Below are positions 1 to 8,626 of a stretch of 64,000 bases of DNA, in pieces. A program made the position numbers and the translations under genes. Positions within the stretch are counted from its first letter, which is position 1; every line of letters begins with the position of its first letter. The stretch is taken from contig OZ251549.1 of NCBI GenBank assembly GCA_965243415.1, positions 626,239 through 690,238 of the forward strand, read 5' to 3'. Source of the stretch: Candidatus Marinacidobacterium sp. (GTDB lineage Bacteria; Acidobacteriota; Vicinamibacteria; Marinacidobacterales; Marinacidobacteraceae). The notes beneath the pieces were generated by a model that was not told the DNA's origin, made no database searches, and saw only the letters and a list, made by a program, of their open reading frames with translations.

Positions 1-125
1 CGGCAAGGGTCGTATCCCATCCGTCACCGCCCTGGGCGTGAGGGATGCCTGGCCAGCCCAAGATAAGGGACTCGGCTTCCACGCCGGGTGGCGGGGTTCG
101 GAGACCGTCGCGCGACCCCGTGGGA

Positions 126-389
126 CTACCAGGCGCAGTCCCGCTTCACTCCGGCCGAGGAAGCGCATTGCCGAAAGACGGCCTGGCCGTCTTCGCCGGT
201 TCGGGCCCGGGCGATCAGGCGGCCGACTTGGGGCCGGCTGCCCTCGATCTCGTGGAAGGAGATCACGACTGTCCTGGTCGGGTCGTCCGGGAATTGGGCG
301 AGGACGGTGTTGTGGCAGCAACCGTTGATCGGGGAGAGCAGGTTCAGGCGAAGCGCCAGTCTCGCCCGCGAGATGCGGCGGGCCGGCAA
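126..389 (-). CDS. hypothetical small protein (87 aa), family not recognised
   Basis: Intact ORF whose codons end mostly in G/C. The overlapping + frames give only Arg/Pro/Gly-rich junk. Contains a CCHN motif. No domain recognised by eye. Confidence 0.35.
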   Translation of the reverse strand: MPARRISRARLALRLNLLSPINGCCHNTVLAQFPDDPTRTVVISFHEIEGSRPQVGRLIARARTGEDGQAVFRQCASSAGVKRDCAW

Positions 390-463
390 GTACCGCGGAA
401 GCCGATGGCCCAGAATTCACCCGATCCTCGCCGCCCGACAGCGGATGAGCCGAGCCTTCCCCC

Positions 464-2062
464 ATGACCGCCACCGACGGGATCCTCACCGCGTACTTCG
501 TCGTCCTGCTGCTCCTGGCCGGGTACGGATCGCACCGGTACCGGCTGATGTGGACGGTGCGGCGGCGGGCGGCCCGGGCCGCGGCGGCCGCCCGCGCCGC
601 GAGGGACCGGGGGCTCGTCGAGTTCGACCGCGATCCGCCGCCGGTGCTCGTCCAACTCCCGGTCTTCAACGAGCGGCATGTGGTCGAGCGGCTCATCCGG
701 GCGGTCGCGGCGCTCGACTACCCGCGCGACCGGCTCGCCGTCCAGGTGCTCGACGACTCCACCGACGACACCGGGGCCATCGCCGAGAAGGCCGTCCGGG
801 AGGCCCGCGCCGCCGGGCTCGCCATCGAGCGGCGCCACCGCGCCGACCGGGTCGGGTTCAAGGCCGGGGCGCTCGCGGCGGGTCTCGAAGCCGGGCCCGA
901 AGACGGGCGCCGACCCCCCGACGACGAGAACCCCACCCCCGCCCCCCTCCCGGCCCCGTTCGTGGCCATCTTCGACGCCGACTTCGTCCCCGAACCGGAC
1001 TTCCTCCGGGAGACCGTCCCGGTCCTGCTCGGCGACCCCGGGCTCGGCATGGCGCAGGCGCGCTGGGAGCACCTGAACCGCTCCTACTCGGTGCTCACCG
1101 AAGTCCAGGCGATCCTGCTCGACGGGCACTTCATCGGCGAGCACGGGGGGCGGCACGCCGCCGGCTGCTTCTTCAACTTCAACGGCACCGCCGGGGTCTG
1201 GCGACGGGAGGCGATCCTCGACGCCGGGGGCTGGGAGGGGGACACCCTCACCGAGGATCTCGACCTCTCCTACCGCGCCCAGTTGCGCGGCTGGCGGTTC
1301 GTGTTCCTCCCCGAAGTGGCGGCGCCGGCGGAACTGCCGGTCTCCATGACCGCGTTCAAGGCGCAGCAGCGGCGCTGGGCCAAGGGCGCCTTCGAGACCG
1401 CGAAGAAGTTGCTGCCGCAGATCCTGGCCTCCCCGCTACCCTTTCGGGTGCGCGCCGAAGCGCTGTTCCACCTGACCGGCAACGCCGCGTATCCGCTGAT
1501 GGCGCTGCTGAGCCTGCTGATGATCCCGGCGCTGGCCGCCCGGGCGGCGACCGGCCTGCGCGAGATGGCGCTGCTCGACTTCCCGATCTTCCTGGCCGCC
1601 ACCCTCTCGGTGATCTCGTTCTACGCCTTCTCGCAGCGGCGGGTGCGGCGCCTCGATCCGTCCGGCCCGGGGCGCTGGCGCCGGGCGCGGCACCTCCCGA
1701 TGGCGCTGGCGGTCGGCATCGGCCTCTCCTTCTCGAATACGGCGGCGGTGCTCGAAGGGGCGCTGGGCCGGAAGACGCCCTTCGTGCGCACGCCGAAGTT
1801 CGGCCTGGCCGGCGGGGCCCGCTCCCGGACCGACCGGGGCTGGCGGCGGAGCGCCTACCGGACGCCGGAGGGGGCGGTGGTGGCGCTGGAACTCCTGGTG
1901 GGAGCCGCGATGGCTGTCGCCGCCGGCTGGGCGCTGCTCGCCGGGGTGGCGGCCTCGACGCCGTTCCTGCTGCTGTTCGCCGTGGGGTATCTCTATGTGG
2001 GCGGGAGATCGCTCGCCGAGTCGCGGGCGCTGCGGCGGACGCCGGCAGGGTCTTCGGCGTGA
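464..2062 (+). CDS. family-2 glycosyltransferase, processive Csl/HAS-like, multi-pass membrane protein
   Basis: N-terminal TM segment; DDSTDD, FDADF and TED acidic motifs; QQRRW (QxxRW) motif; C-terminal hydrophobic segments. ATG start. Confidence 0.85.
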   Translation: MTATDGILTAYFVVLLLLAGYGSHRYRLMWTVRRRAARAAAAARAARDRGLVEFDRDPPPVLVQLPVFNERHVVERLIRAVAALDYPRDRLAVQVLDDSTDDTGAIAEKAVREARAAGLAIERRHRADRVGFKAGALAAGLEAGPEDGRRPPDDENPTPAPLPAPFVAIFDADFVPEPDFLRETVPVLLGDPGLGMAQARWEHLNRSYSVLTEVQAILLDGHFIGEHGGRHAAGCFFNFNGTAGVWRREAILDAGGWEGDTLTEDLDLSYRAQLRGWRFVFLPEVAAPAELPVSMTAFKAQQRRWAKGAFETAKKLLPQILASPLPFRVRAEALFHLTGNAAYPLMALLSLLMIPALAARAATGLREMALLDFPIFLAATLSVISFYAFSQRRVRRLDPSGPGRWRRARHLPMALAVGIGLSFSNTAAVLEGALGRKTPFVRTPKFGLAGGARSRTDRGWRRSAYRTPEGAVVALELLVGAAMAVAAGWALLAGVAASTPFLLLFAVGYLYVGGRSLAESRALRRTPAGSSA

Positions 2063-2069
2063 ACTCGGC

Positions 2070-2681
2070 GTGAACTCCCTGTCGCAGCGGGCGCTGTTCT
2101 TCGGGGCCGGGCTGGCCTTCGGGGTCTTCGTGGGCTGGCTGCTGGCCCAGTCGTCCGGAACCCCCGCGGTCCCGGCGCGGGCGGTCCGGGCGCCGACCCC
2201 GGCCCCGCCGCCGGCGTCCGCTCCGCCGCCGGCCCCCGAGGCGCCGTTGCCGGTGGACGAGGCCCGGCTCGAGGTGTTGCTGGCCGCGGTCGAGGGCGCT
2301 CCGGAGGATCCGGCGGCGCGGGCCGCGGTCGGCGATCTCTACTTCGCCTCCCGCGAGTACCGGGATGCGGCCTACTGGTACCGCCAGGCGCGGAACCTCG
2401 ATCCGGCCGACCTCGACATCCGGGCCTCCCTGGGGTTCGCGCTGCTGGCGCGGGGGGAGGTGGCCGGGGCGATCGCGGAGTACGAAGCGGTCCTCGCCGA
2501 GGATCCGGGGCACCCGGACAGCCTGCTGGCGCTGGGGCGGCTGCGGCTCTATGTGGAGCAGGACATCGCCGGGGGGATCGCGCTCTGGGAGCGGTACCTG
2601 GAAGCGGTGCCGGACTCGGCGGAAGCGGACGGGCTGCGGCAGGCGATCCGGGCGCTCCGGGAAGCCCACCCCGGCGGATAG
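2070..2681 (+). CDS. membrane-anchored TPR repeat protein
   Basis: GTG at 2070 lies 7 nt after the GT2 stop. N-terminal TM (FFGAGLAFGVFVGWLLA), a proline-rich linker, then TPR-like repeats (YRDAAYWYRQARNLDP, AIAEYEAVLAEDPGH). Confidence 0.7.
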   Translation: MNSLSQRALFFGAGLAFGVFVGWLLAQSSGTPAVPARAVRAPTPAPPPASAPPPAPEAPLPVDEARLEVLLAAVEGAPEDPAARAAVGDLYFASREYRDAAYWYRQARNLDPADLDIRASLGFALLARGEVAGAIAEYEAVLAEDPGHPDSLLALGRLRLYVEQDIAGGIALWERYLEAVPDSAEADGLRQAIRALREAHPGG

Positions 2682-2702
2682 GATCGGGACGGCGGCCCCC
2701 CG

Positions 2703-2960
2703 GTGGTTCGTTACCTCCTCCTCCTGCTCGGCGCGGTGTTCCTCCGGATGCTCTGGCGGGGGGCGCGGGCGATGCTGCTGAACCGGGCGCAGTCGCCGTC
2801 GGTGGGCGGGGGAACGGCGGCGCCGCCGGGCGCGGACTTCCGCGGGGCGGTGGTGCGCTGCGAGCAGTGCGACCTCCATGTGCCCGAAGGGAAGGCGCTG
2901 AGCGCGGACGGACGCACCTACTGCTCGGAGCCCTGCCGCGCTGCGGCGGCGGAGGCCTGA
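2703..2960 (+). CDS. PP0621-family small membrane protein with C-terminal Cys-rich zinc-ribbon-like motif
   Basis: 85 aa. N-terminal TM, then VVRCEQCDLHVPEGKAL..YCSEPC, which matches the pattern I recall for PP0621-type proteins. Confidence 0.55.
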   Translation: MVRYLLLLLGAVFLRMLWRGARAMLLNRAQSPSVGGGTAAPPGADFRGAVVRCEQCDLHVPEGKALSADGRTYCSEPCRAAAAEA

Positions 2961-3044
2961 GTCGGTGGCGGCAGCCGCGTCCGCTCCCGCTTCGTCCGGC
3001 GCGGGGATTCCGTCGGCAGCGACGCCGATCCCGGCCCCGACCGC

Positions 3045-3761
3045 GTGAAGAAGCAGATCCCCGGGTTCGTGGACCGGGACACCCGGTTCCGGCAGTCGCG
3101 GGCCGCCGCCATCCGGGAGCGGGAGGTGGAAAAGATCACGAAGGCGCTCTGCGAGGCGGCCGGCGGACTCGCCGAGCGCGGGCTCATCGTGGCCCGCGAA
3201 GGGAATGTGAGCGCGCTGCTGCCCGGCGGGGAAGAGATCCTGGGGACCGCCGCCGGGACGAGGAAGGGCGAGACCACGCCGGGGAAGTTGGTGCGGTGCG
3301 ACCGGCAGGGGAACAAGACCGACGGCGTGGGGCGGGTGTCCACGGAGATCCGGATGCATCTGGCGTTGTACGAGCGCCGCCCGGACATCGCGGCGGTGGT
3401 GCATGCGCACCCAAAGACCGCGACCGCCTTCGCCGCCGCCGGGATCCCGCTCGACCCGCCGGTGCTCGCCGAGACGGTGGCGATCGTGGGCCGGGTGGCG
3501 CTGGCCGACTACCACCCGCCGGGCTCGGCGGAACTGGCCGCGGAAGTGGCGGAGCGGGCCCTCGGGGCCGACGCGGTGCTGCTCGCGAACCACGGCGCGG
3601 TGACCGTGGGGCGGGATCCGACGGAAGCCTTCGAGCGGATGGAGACCCTGGAGCGCTCCGCCGAGATCGTGCTGGCGGCGCGGCGGCTCGGCGGCGCCCG
3701 GCCGCTGCCGGAGGACGAGGTGGCGCGGCTGCTGGCGGCGCGGCGCCCGGCGTCTCCGTAG
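3045..3761 (+). CDS. class II aldolase/adducin-family protein (fuculose-phosphate aldolase-like)
   Basis: EGNVSA substrate-loop motif; HAHP metal-binding His motif; LLANHGAVTVG; ERMETLE. Confidence 0.85.
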   Translation: MKKQIPGFVDRDTRFRQSRAAAIREREVEKITKALCEAAGGLAERGLIVAREGNVSALLPGGEEILGTAAGTRKGETTPGKLVRCDRQGNKTDGVGRVSTEIRMHLALYERRPDIAAVVHAHPKTATAFAAAGIPLDPPVLAETVAIVGRVALADYHPPGSAELAAEVAERALGADAVLLANHGAVTVGRDPTEAFERMETLERSAEIVLAARRLGGARPLPEDEVARLLAARRPASP

Positions 3762-3791
3762 GGCCGTGGGCGCCCGCGGCCGGCGGAAGCG

Positions 3792-5549
3792 GTGACCCGG
3801 CGGCCGGCGGCGGTCGCGCTGACGCTGCTGGCGCTCGCGGCGCCGATCGCGCCGGGTGCGGCGGTCGCGGGCGCTTCGCCGGCGGCCGGCGTCCAGTTCC
3901 GTTTCACCGAACGCGCCGAGGCCGCCGGGGTGCGATTCCGGCACCGGCGGGGCGCCCGCGGCGGGCGGCATCCGGTGGAGACCATGGGTTCCGGGGTGGC
4001 GGTGCTGGACTACGACGGGGACGGCGCCGCGGACCTGTTCTTCGTCCAGGGCGGGGAGGTGCCGGGGACCGGGGCAGTTCCCGGCGGCGCCGGGGCCGCG
4101 CGGGCGCCGGGCGCGCTGTTCCGGAACGACGGGAACGGCCGGTTCACCGAAGTGAGCGCCGCCGCGGGGTTCGGCGAGCCGCCGGCGGGAGTCGCCGCCG
4201 GGTTCGGGATGGGCGCGGTGGCCGCGGACTTCGACGACGACGGCGACCCCGACCTGCTCCTCACCCGCGCCGGGCCGGACCTGCTCTACGAGAACCGGGG
4301 GGACGGGACCTTCGCCCCGCACCCGGCGTCGCCGCTGCCGGCGTCCTCCGTCCGGGGACTGCCCGGGGGCTGGAGCGCGAGCGCAGCGTTCTCCGACCTC
4401 GATGCCGACGGCGACCTGGATGTGTTCGTGACCCGGTATCTCGACTGGTCGGCGGCGAACAACCCGGAGTGCGCCCGGGTGGTGCGCGGCGAGCGGCTGA
4501 CCTCCTACTGCCTGCCGGACGCCTTCTCCGGCGTGCCCGACCTGCTCTACGAGAACCGGCGGGGCGACTTCGTGGAGGTCTCGGAAGCCGCCGGGGTGGC
4601 GCTCCCGACCGGGAAGGGGCTGGGGGTCGTCGCCGCGGACCTGGTCGGCGATCCGCTGCCGGACCTGTATGTGGCGAACGACACCGTGCCGAACTTCCTG
4701 TTCGAGAACCGGGGCGATCTGCGGTTCCGGGAAGTCGGGCTCCCGGCGGGTCTCGCCTACGACGGGGACGGGAACGCCCTGGCCGGGATGGGGATCGCGG
4801 TGGCCGATCTCGAACCGGACGGCGATCCGGACCTCTTCGTGACGAACTTCGCCGGGGAGGCGAACACGCTCTACCTGACGAGCCGGCGCGGCTTCTTCGA
4901 CGATGCGTCGTTCCCCTCCGGGGTGGGGCGGCCCTCGCTCCCGCTGCTGGGGTTCGGCGCAGTGTTCGCCGACCTGGACCGCGATGGCCTGCCCGATCTC
5001 TGCGTGACGAACGGGCATGTGCTGGACAACGCCGAGCGGCTGTTCGCGGACGCCGCCTACCGTCAGCCGGACGGGTGTTTCGCGAACCGGGGCGGGGGCC
5101 GGTTCGAGCGGGTCTGGACCGCCGCGGCGCCGTCGGTCGGCCGGGGTCTCGCCGCCGGGGACTTCGACGGTGACGGCCGGGTGGATCTGGTCGGGTCGCG
5201 CTCCGGCGAACCGGCGGCGCTCTACGCGAACCGGACCCCGGGCGGCGGACGGAGCGCCGTCCTGTTCCTGGTGGGCCGCGAGTCGAACCGGGACGCCGTG
5301 GGCGCGGCAGTGCGGGTGTCGTCGGGTTCCTCCGAGCAGGTCTTCTTCGTCACCGCCGGCGACAGTTACCTGTCCACTTCGGAACGCGCCGTCCGCATCG
5401 GCCTCGGCCCCCCGGACGCTCCTCTGCCGGGCGCCGCCTCCGTCCGCTGGCCCTCCGGCCGGACGCAGCCGCTCGGCCCGCTCACCCCCGGCGCCTTCCT
5501 CGTCCTCGAAGGCCTCGGAATCCTGCGCCTCCCGGCCGTAAGTCGTTGA
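3792..5549 (+). CDS. CRTAC1-family secreted protein (FG-GAP/VCBS repeats plus ASPIC/UnbV C-terminal domain)
   Basis: Signal peptide; repeated DxDGDGxxDL FG-GAP-like calcium-binding motifs; C-terminal VGAAVRV..GDSYLS..VRWPSG, typical of ASPIC/UnbV. Confidence 0.85.
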   Translation: MTRRPAAVALTLLALAAPIAPGAAVAGASPAAGVQFRFTERAEAAGVRFRHRRGARGGRHPVETMGSGVAVLDYDGDGAADLFFVQGGEVPGTGAVPGGAGAARAPGALFRNDGNGRFTEVSAAAGFGEPPAGVAAGFGMGAVAADFDDDGDPDLLLTRAGPDLLYENRGDGTFAPHPASPLPASSVRGLPGGWSASAAFSDLDADGDLDVFVTRYLDWSAANNPECARVVRGERLTSYCLPDAFSGVPDLLYENRRGDFVEVSEAAGVALPTGKGLGVVAADLVGDPLPDLYVANDTVPNFLFENRGDLRFREVGLPAGLAYDGDGNALAGMGIAVADLEPDGDPDLFVTNFAGEANTLYLTSRRGFFDDASFPSGVGRPSLPLLGFGAVFADLDRDGLPDLCVTNGHVLDNAERLFADAAYRQPDGCFANRGGGRFERVWTAAAPSVGRGLAAGDFDGDGRVDLVGSRSGEPAALYANRTPGGGRSAVLFLVGRESNRDAVGAAVRVSSGSSEQVFFVTAGDSYLSTSERAVRIGLGPPDAPLPGAASVRWPSGRTQPLGPLTPGAFLVLEGLGILRLPAVSR

Positions 5550-5550
5550 T
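5537..5550 (+). repeat. core 14-mer CGTAAGTCGTTGAT of a dispersed conserved element (partial copy)
   Basis: Matches cores at 14341-14354 (+), 50616-50629 (-) and 51099-51112 (-). Spans the stop codon of the CRTAC1 gene and lies 70 nt upstream of the Mod start. Confidence 0.5.
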
Positions 5551-5620
5551 TCCCCGATGTCCGCCGGGTTCGAAAATCCATGACAGTTTCTGGCCGATCC
5601 ATCCGCTACGATCCTTCCCG

Positions 5621-8600
5621 ATGAGCGATCCGGCGGCATCCCGGGGCGGTCGGAACGATGCCGGCCCCGCCTCCGAAGTCCGCGCGCGGTTCGAGCGGCT
5701 CCGCGCCCTGTTGCGGCAGATGTTGCAATTGGACCGGGGCGATCTGGACTTCGGCCTCTACCGGATCATGAGGATGAAGTCGGCAGAGGTTTCCGCCTTC
5801 CTCGACGACGACCTCCTCCCCCAGATTCGGAGTGCGCTCCGCCGCGCCGGCGAACCGGGCAGCGCTGCCGCGTCCGAAGGCGAGGTCTATCGGCACCTCG
5901 CCGAGTTCTTCTCCCGTTACTACGACGAAGGGGACTTCTTCTCCCGGCGGCGCCGCGCGGACGGCCGGCGCCCGACCTATCTCCTTCCGTACGACGGAGA
6001 AGAGATCAAACTGCACTGGGCGAACGCCGACCAGCACTACATCAAGACCGCGGACAACTATTCCTCCTATGCGTTCTCCGTCGGCGCGGAGGCCGGGCGT
6101 CGCGTCCGATTCGACCTCGTCGCCGCCGAGAACGACCGGGACAACATCAAGCCGGCGAACGGCAACGGCCTGCGATTCCTCCTCTCGCGGCGCGGCGGCG
6201 GCGTGGCCGTGAACGACGGCGCCCTCACGGTTTCCTTCGAACACCGTTCGTTGTCCGCAGCGGAGAAGAAGAAGTGGCCCGGGAACGGGATCCATCAGCA
6301 GGCGCGGCTCAACGAGGACGCGGTCACCCGGATTCTCGGCGCCGTCCCCGAAGAGTGGGCGACGCCGCTCTCGGCGCCGGCGCCGACGGACGCGAACGGC
6401 GGGCGCACGGTGCTGGCGCAACACCTCGACCGGTACACCTCCAAGAACAGTTTCGATTACTTCATCCACGACGACCTGGGCGGTTTCCTGCGGCAACAGT
6501 TGGACCTCTACCTGAACACGGAAGTCCTGAGGCCGGACGATCTCGAACAGGGCGGCACGACGAGTCTGGAACGCGCGCTGGCGCAACTCCGCGCCGTGCG
6601 GCAGATCGGCCACAAGATCATCGCCTTCCTGGCCCAGTTGGAAGACTTCCAGAAGCGGCTCTGGCTCAAGAAGAAGTTCGTGCTCGAGAGCCACTGGTGC
6701 GTCTCCCTCGACCGCGTTCCCGAGGCGCTCCGGGCAGAGGCCGCCTCGAATGCGCGACAGCGGGAGGAATGGGTCCGGCTGTTCTCCATCGACGAAATCC
6801 GCCCCGACCTCGGGAACGGCGGGGTCCGTTTTTCGGAGCCGCTCACCGGCGAGTTCCTGCACGCCCACCCGTTCCTGGTGCTGGACACCCGGCACTTCGA
6901 CCGGGAGTTCACCGACCGGCTGCTCGAATCCCTCTCGGACGCCGGGCCGCTCGAGGAGCAGCAGGACGGTCTCCTCGTCCACGGGGAGAACTACCAGGCG
7001 CTCAACCTGCTCCGGGCCCGATACGGAGGACAGGTGGACTGCGTCTATATCGATCCGCCCTACAACACCGGCTACTCGGAGATCCTCTACAAGAACACCT
7101 TCAAGCACTCTTCCTGGCTGTCGCTGATGCAGGGGCGCCTGAGGCTCAGCCGGGAGTTGGCGACCGCCACCGGCTCCCACATCGTGGCGATCGACGAGAA
7201 CGAGCAGGAGCGCCTCGGGCTGCTGCTGTCCGAAGTGTTCCCGGACCACGAGAAGATCTGCGCCTCGGTGGTGCACAACAAGAAAGGCATCCAGGGATCG
7301 TTCTTCTCCTATGTGCACGATTCCCTCTTCTTCTGCATTCCTCCGGCCCTGGGGGAGACGAACCCGCTGCCGATACCCGAAGCGGAGCGGCGGTTCGAGA
7401 ACCTTCGCAAGTGGGGGAGGGAGTCCGAGCGCCGGACGGCCCGGAACTGTTTCTATCCCATCGAAGTGAAGGACGGCCGCATCGCGTCGTTCGGGGAGGT
7501 CTGTCCCGAGGACTTCCATCCGGGGCGGGCCAATGTCGAGAACGGTGACTCGATCCTGGTGTATCCGGTGGATGCGAAGGGCGACGAGCGGAAGTGGCGG
7601 TACGCGCGGGACTCGGTGGAGCGGATCCGCCATCTCCTGCGGGTCAAGACGGTGGACCGGACCGGCGAGATCCAGATCGAGAAGTGCCGGAGCGAACGGC
7701 AGGTCAAGACCGTCTGGGACGACTCCCGGTACATCGCCGGCGACTACGGAACGCGGTGGCTCACCCACCTGGGCCTGAAGGTCGAGGAGAATCTCTACCC
7801 GAAGTCCCTGCATGCGGTCGCGGATGCGGTGGCCCTGGTGTGCGGAGAGGGCGCGACCGTTCTGGACTACTTCGCCGGATCGGGGACGACCGGCCACGCG
7901 GTGATGGAGTTGAACCGGGAGGACGGCGGGCGCCGGAGGTTCGTCCTGGTCGAAGTGGGAGACCACTTCGACGCGGTGCTGCTCCCGCGGCTCAAGAAGA
8001 TCGCCTACTCGCGCGGGTGGAAGGACGGGCAGCCGGCAGCGACGGACGGGAGGAGCCAGGTGTTTCGGTATGTCCGGCTGGAATCGTACGAGGACACCAT
8101 GGACAGCCTGGAATCGGCGGGAGAGGACGGCCGGCCACCGGCGCTGCCGGGAAAAGACGCCGCGTTCCGGGAGGACTACCGGCTTCGCTATTTCCTCGGC
8201 GAAGAGACCGCCGGGAGCGCCTGTCTCGCCGGTCGGGAGTTCCGGGATCCGTTCCGGTACACGCTCTCCGTGGTGCGCGGCGGGATTCGGCGCGAGGTCG
8301 CGGTGGATCTGCCGGCGACCTTCGATCTGCTCCTCGGCCTCCGGGTGGAGTGGCGGCGCCGGATCGCCGGCGTGCTGGCGGTGGCCGGGGCGGACCGCGA
8401 AGGCCGCCGGACGCTGATCCTCTGGCGGAATGTGGACGAGATCCCCCGGCCCGCGCTGGACGCGTGGTTCGAGACGAATCGAGGCGCCGTGCCCGATGCG
8501 ACCGAAGTCATCTACGCGAACGGAGACCACTGCCTGAACGCGCTGCGCCGGACGGACGAGGCCTGGGTCGCCCATCCCCTGGAGGCGAGGTTCCGGACGC

Positions 8601-8626
8601 TGATGTTCGGGGACGAGGCCCGATGA
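5621..8626 (+). CDS. N6-adenine DNA methyltransferase, Type III Mod-like, long form with ~470-aa N-terminal extension
   Basis: Beta-class motif order: VYIDPPYNTGY (DPPY at 7052-7063), then LDYFAGSGTTGHAV (FxGxG). ATG at 5621. The stop overlaps the next gene's ATG (ATGA at 8623-8626). Confidence 0.85.
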   Translation: MSDPAASRGGRNDAGPASEVRARFERLRALLRQMLQLDRGDLDFGLYRIMRMKSAEVSAFLDDDLLPQIRSALRRAGEPGSAAASEGEVYRHLAEFFSRYYDEGDFFSRRRRADGRRPTYLLPYDGEEIKLHWANADQHYIKTADNYSSYAFSVGAEAGRRVRFDLVAAENDRDNIKPANGNGLRFLLSRRGGGVAVNDGALTVSFEHRSLSAAEKKKWPGNGIHQQARLNEDAVTRILGAVPEEWATPLSAPAPTDANGGRTVLAQHLDRYTSKNSFDYFIHDDLGGFLRQQLDLYLNTEVLRPDDLEQGGTTSLERALAQLRAVRQIGHKIIAFLAQLEDFQKRLWLKKKFVLESHWCVSLDRVPEALRAEAASNARQREEWVRLFSIDEIRPDLGNGGVRFSEPLTGEFLHAHPFLVLDTRHFDREFTDRLLESLSDAGPLEEQQDGLLVHGENYQALNLLRARYGGQVDCVYIDPPYNTGYSEILYKNTFKHSSWLSLMQGRLRLSRELATATGSHIVAIDENEQERLGLLLSEVFPDHEKICASVVHNKKGIQGSFFSYVHDSLFFCIPPALGETNPLPIPEAERRFENLRKWGRESERRTARNCFYPIEVKDGRIASFGEVCPEDFHPGRANVENGDSILVYPVDAKGDERKWRYARDSVERIRHLLRVKTVDRTGEIQIEKCRSERQVKTVWDDSRYIAGDYGTRWLTHLGLKVEENLYPKSLHAVADAVALVCGEGATVLDYFAGSGTTGHAVMELNREDGGRRRFVLVEVGDHFDAVLLPRLKKIAYSRGWKDGQPAATDGRSQVFRYVRLESYEDTMDSLESAGEDGRPPALPGKDAAFREDYRLRYFLGEETAGSACLAGREFRDPFRYTLSVVRGGIRREVAVDLPATFDLLLGLRVEWRRRIAGVLAVAGADREGRRTLILWRNVDEIPRPALDAWFETNRGAVPDATEVIYANGDHCLNALRRTDEAWVAHPLEARFRTLMFGDEAR

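Noticed and set aside
1356-5639. 1427-aa minus-strand ORF spanning several plus-strand genes
   Set aside because: The sequence is extremely Arg/Pro/Gly/Ala-rich with no motifs. It lies antisense to four recognisable plus-strand genes (GT2, TPR, aldolase, CRTAC1). This is a typical stop-poor shadow frame in very high-G+C DNA.
7594-8622. 5' extension of the Res ORF (the track gives 7594-11736, 1380 aa)
   Set aside because: The upstream 343 codons overlap the Mod gene in another frame and translate to Arg/Gly junk. The ATG at 8623 in an ATGA overlap with the Mod stop is the sensible start.
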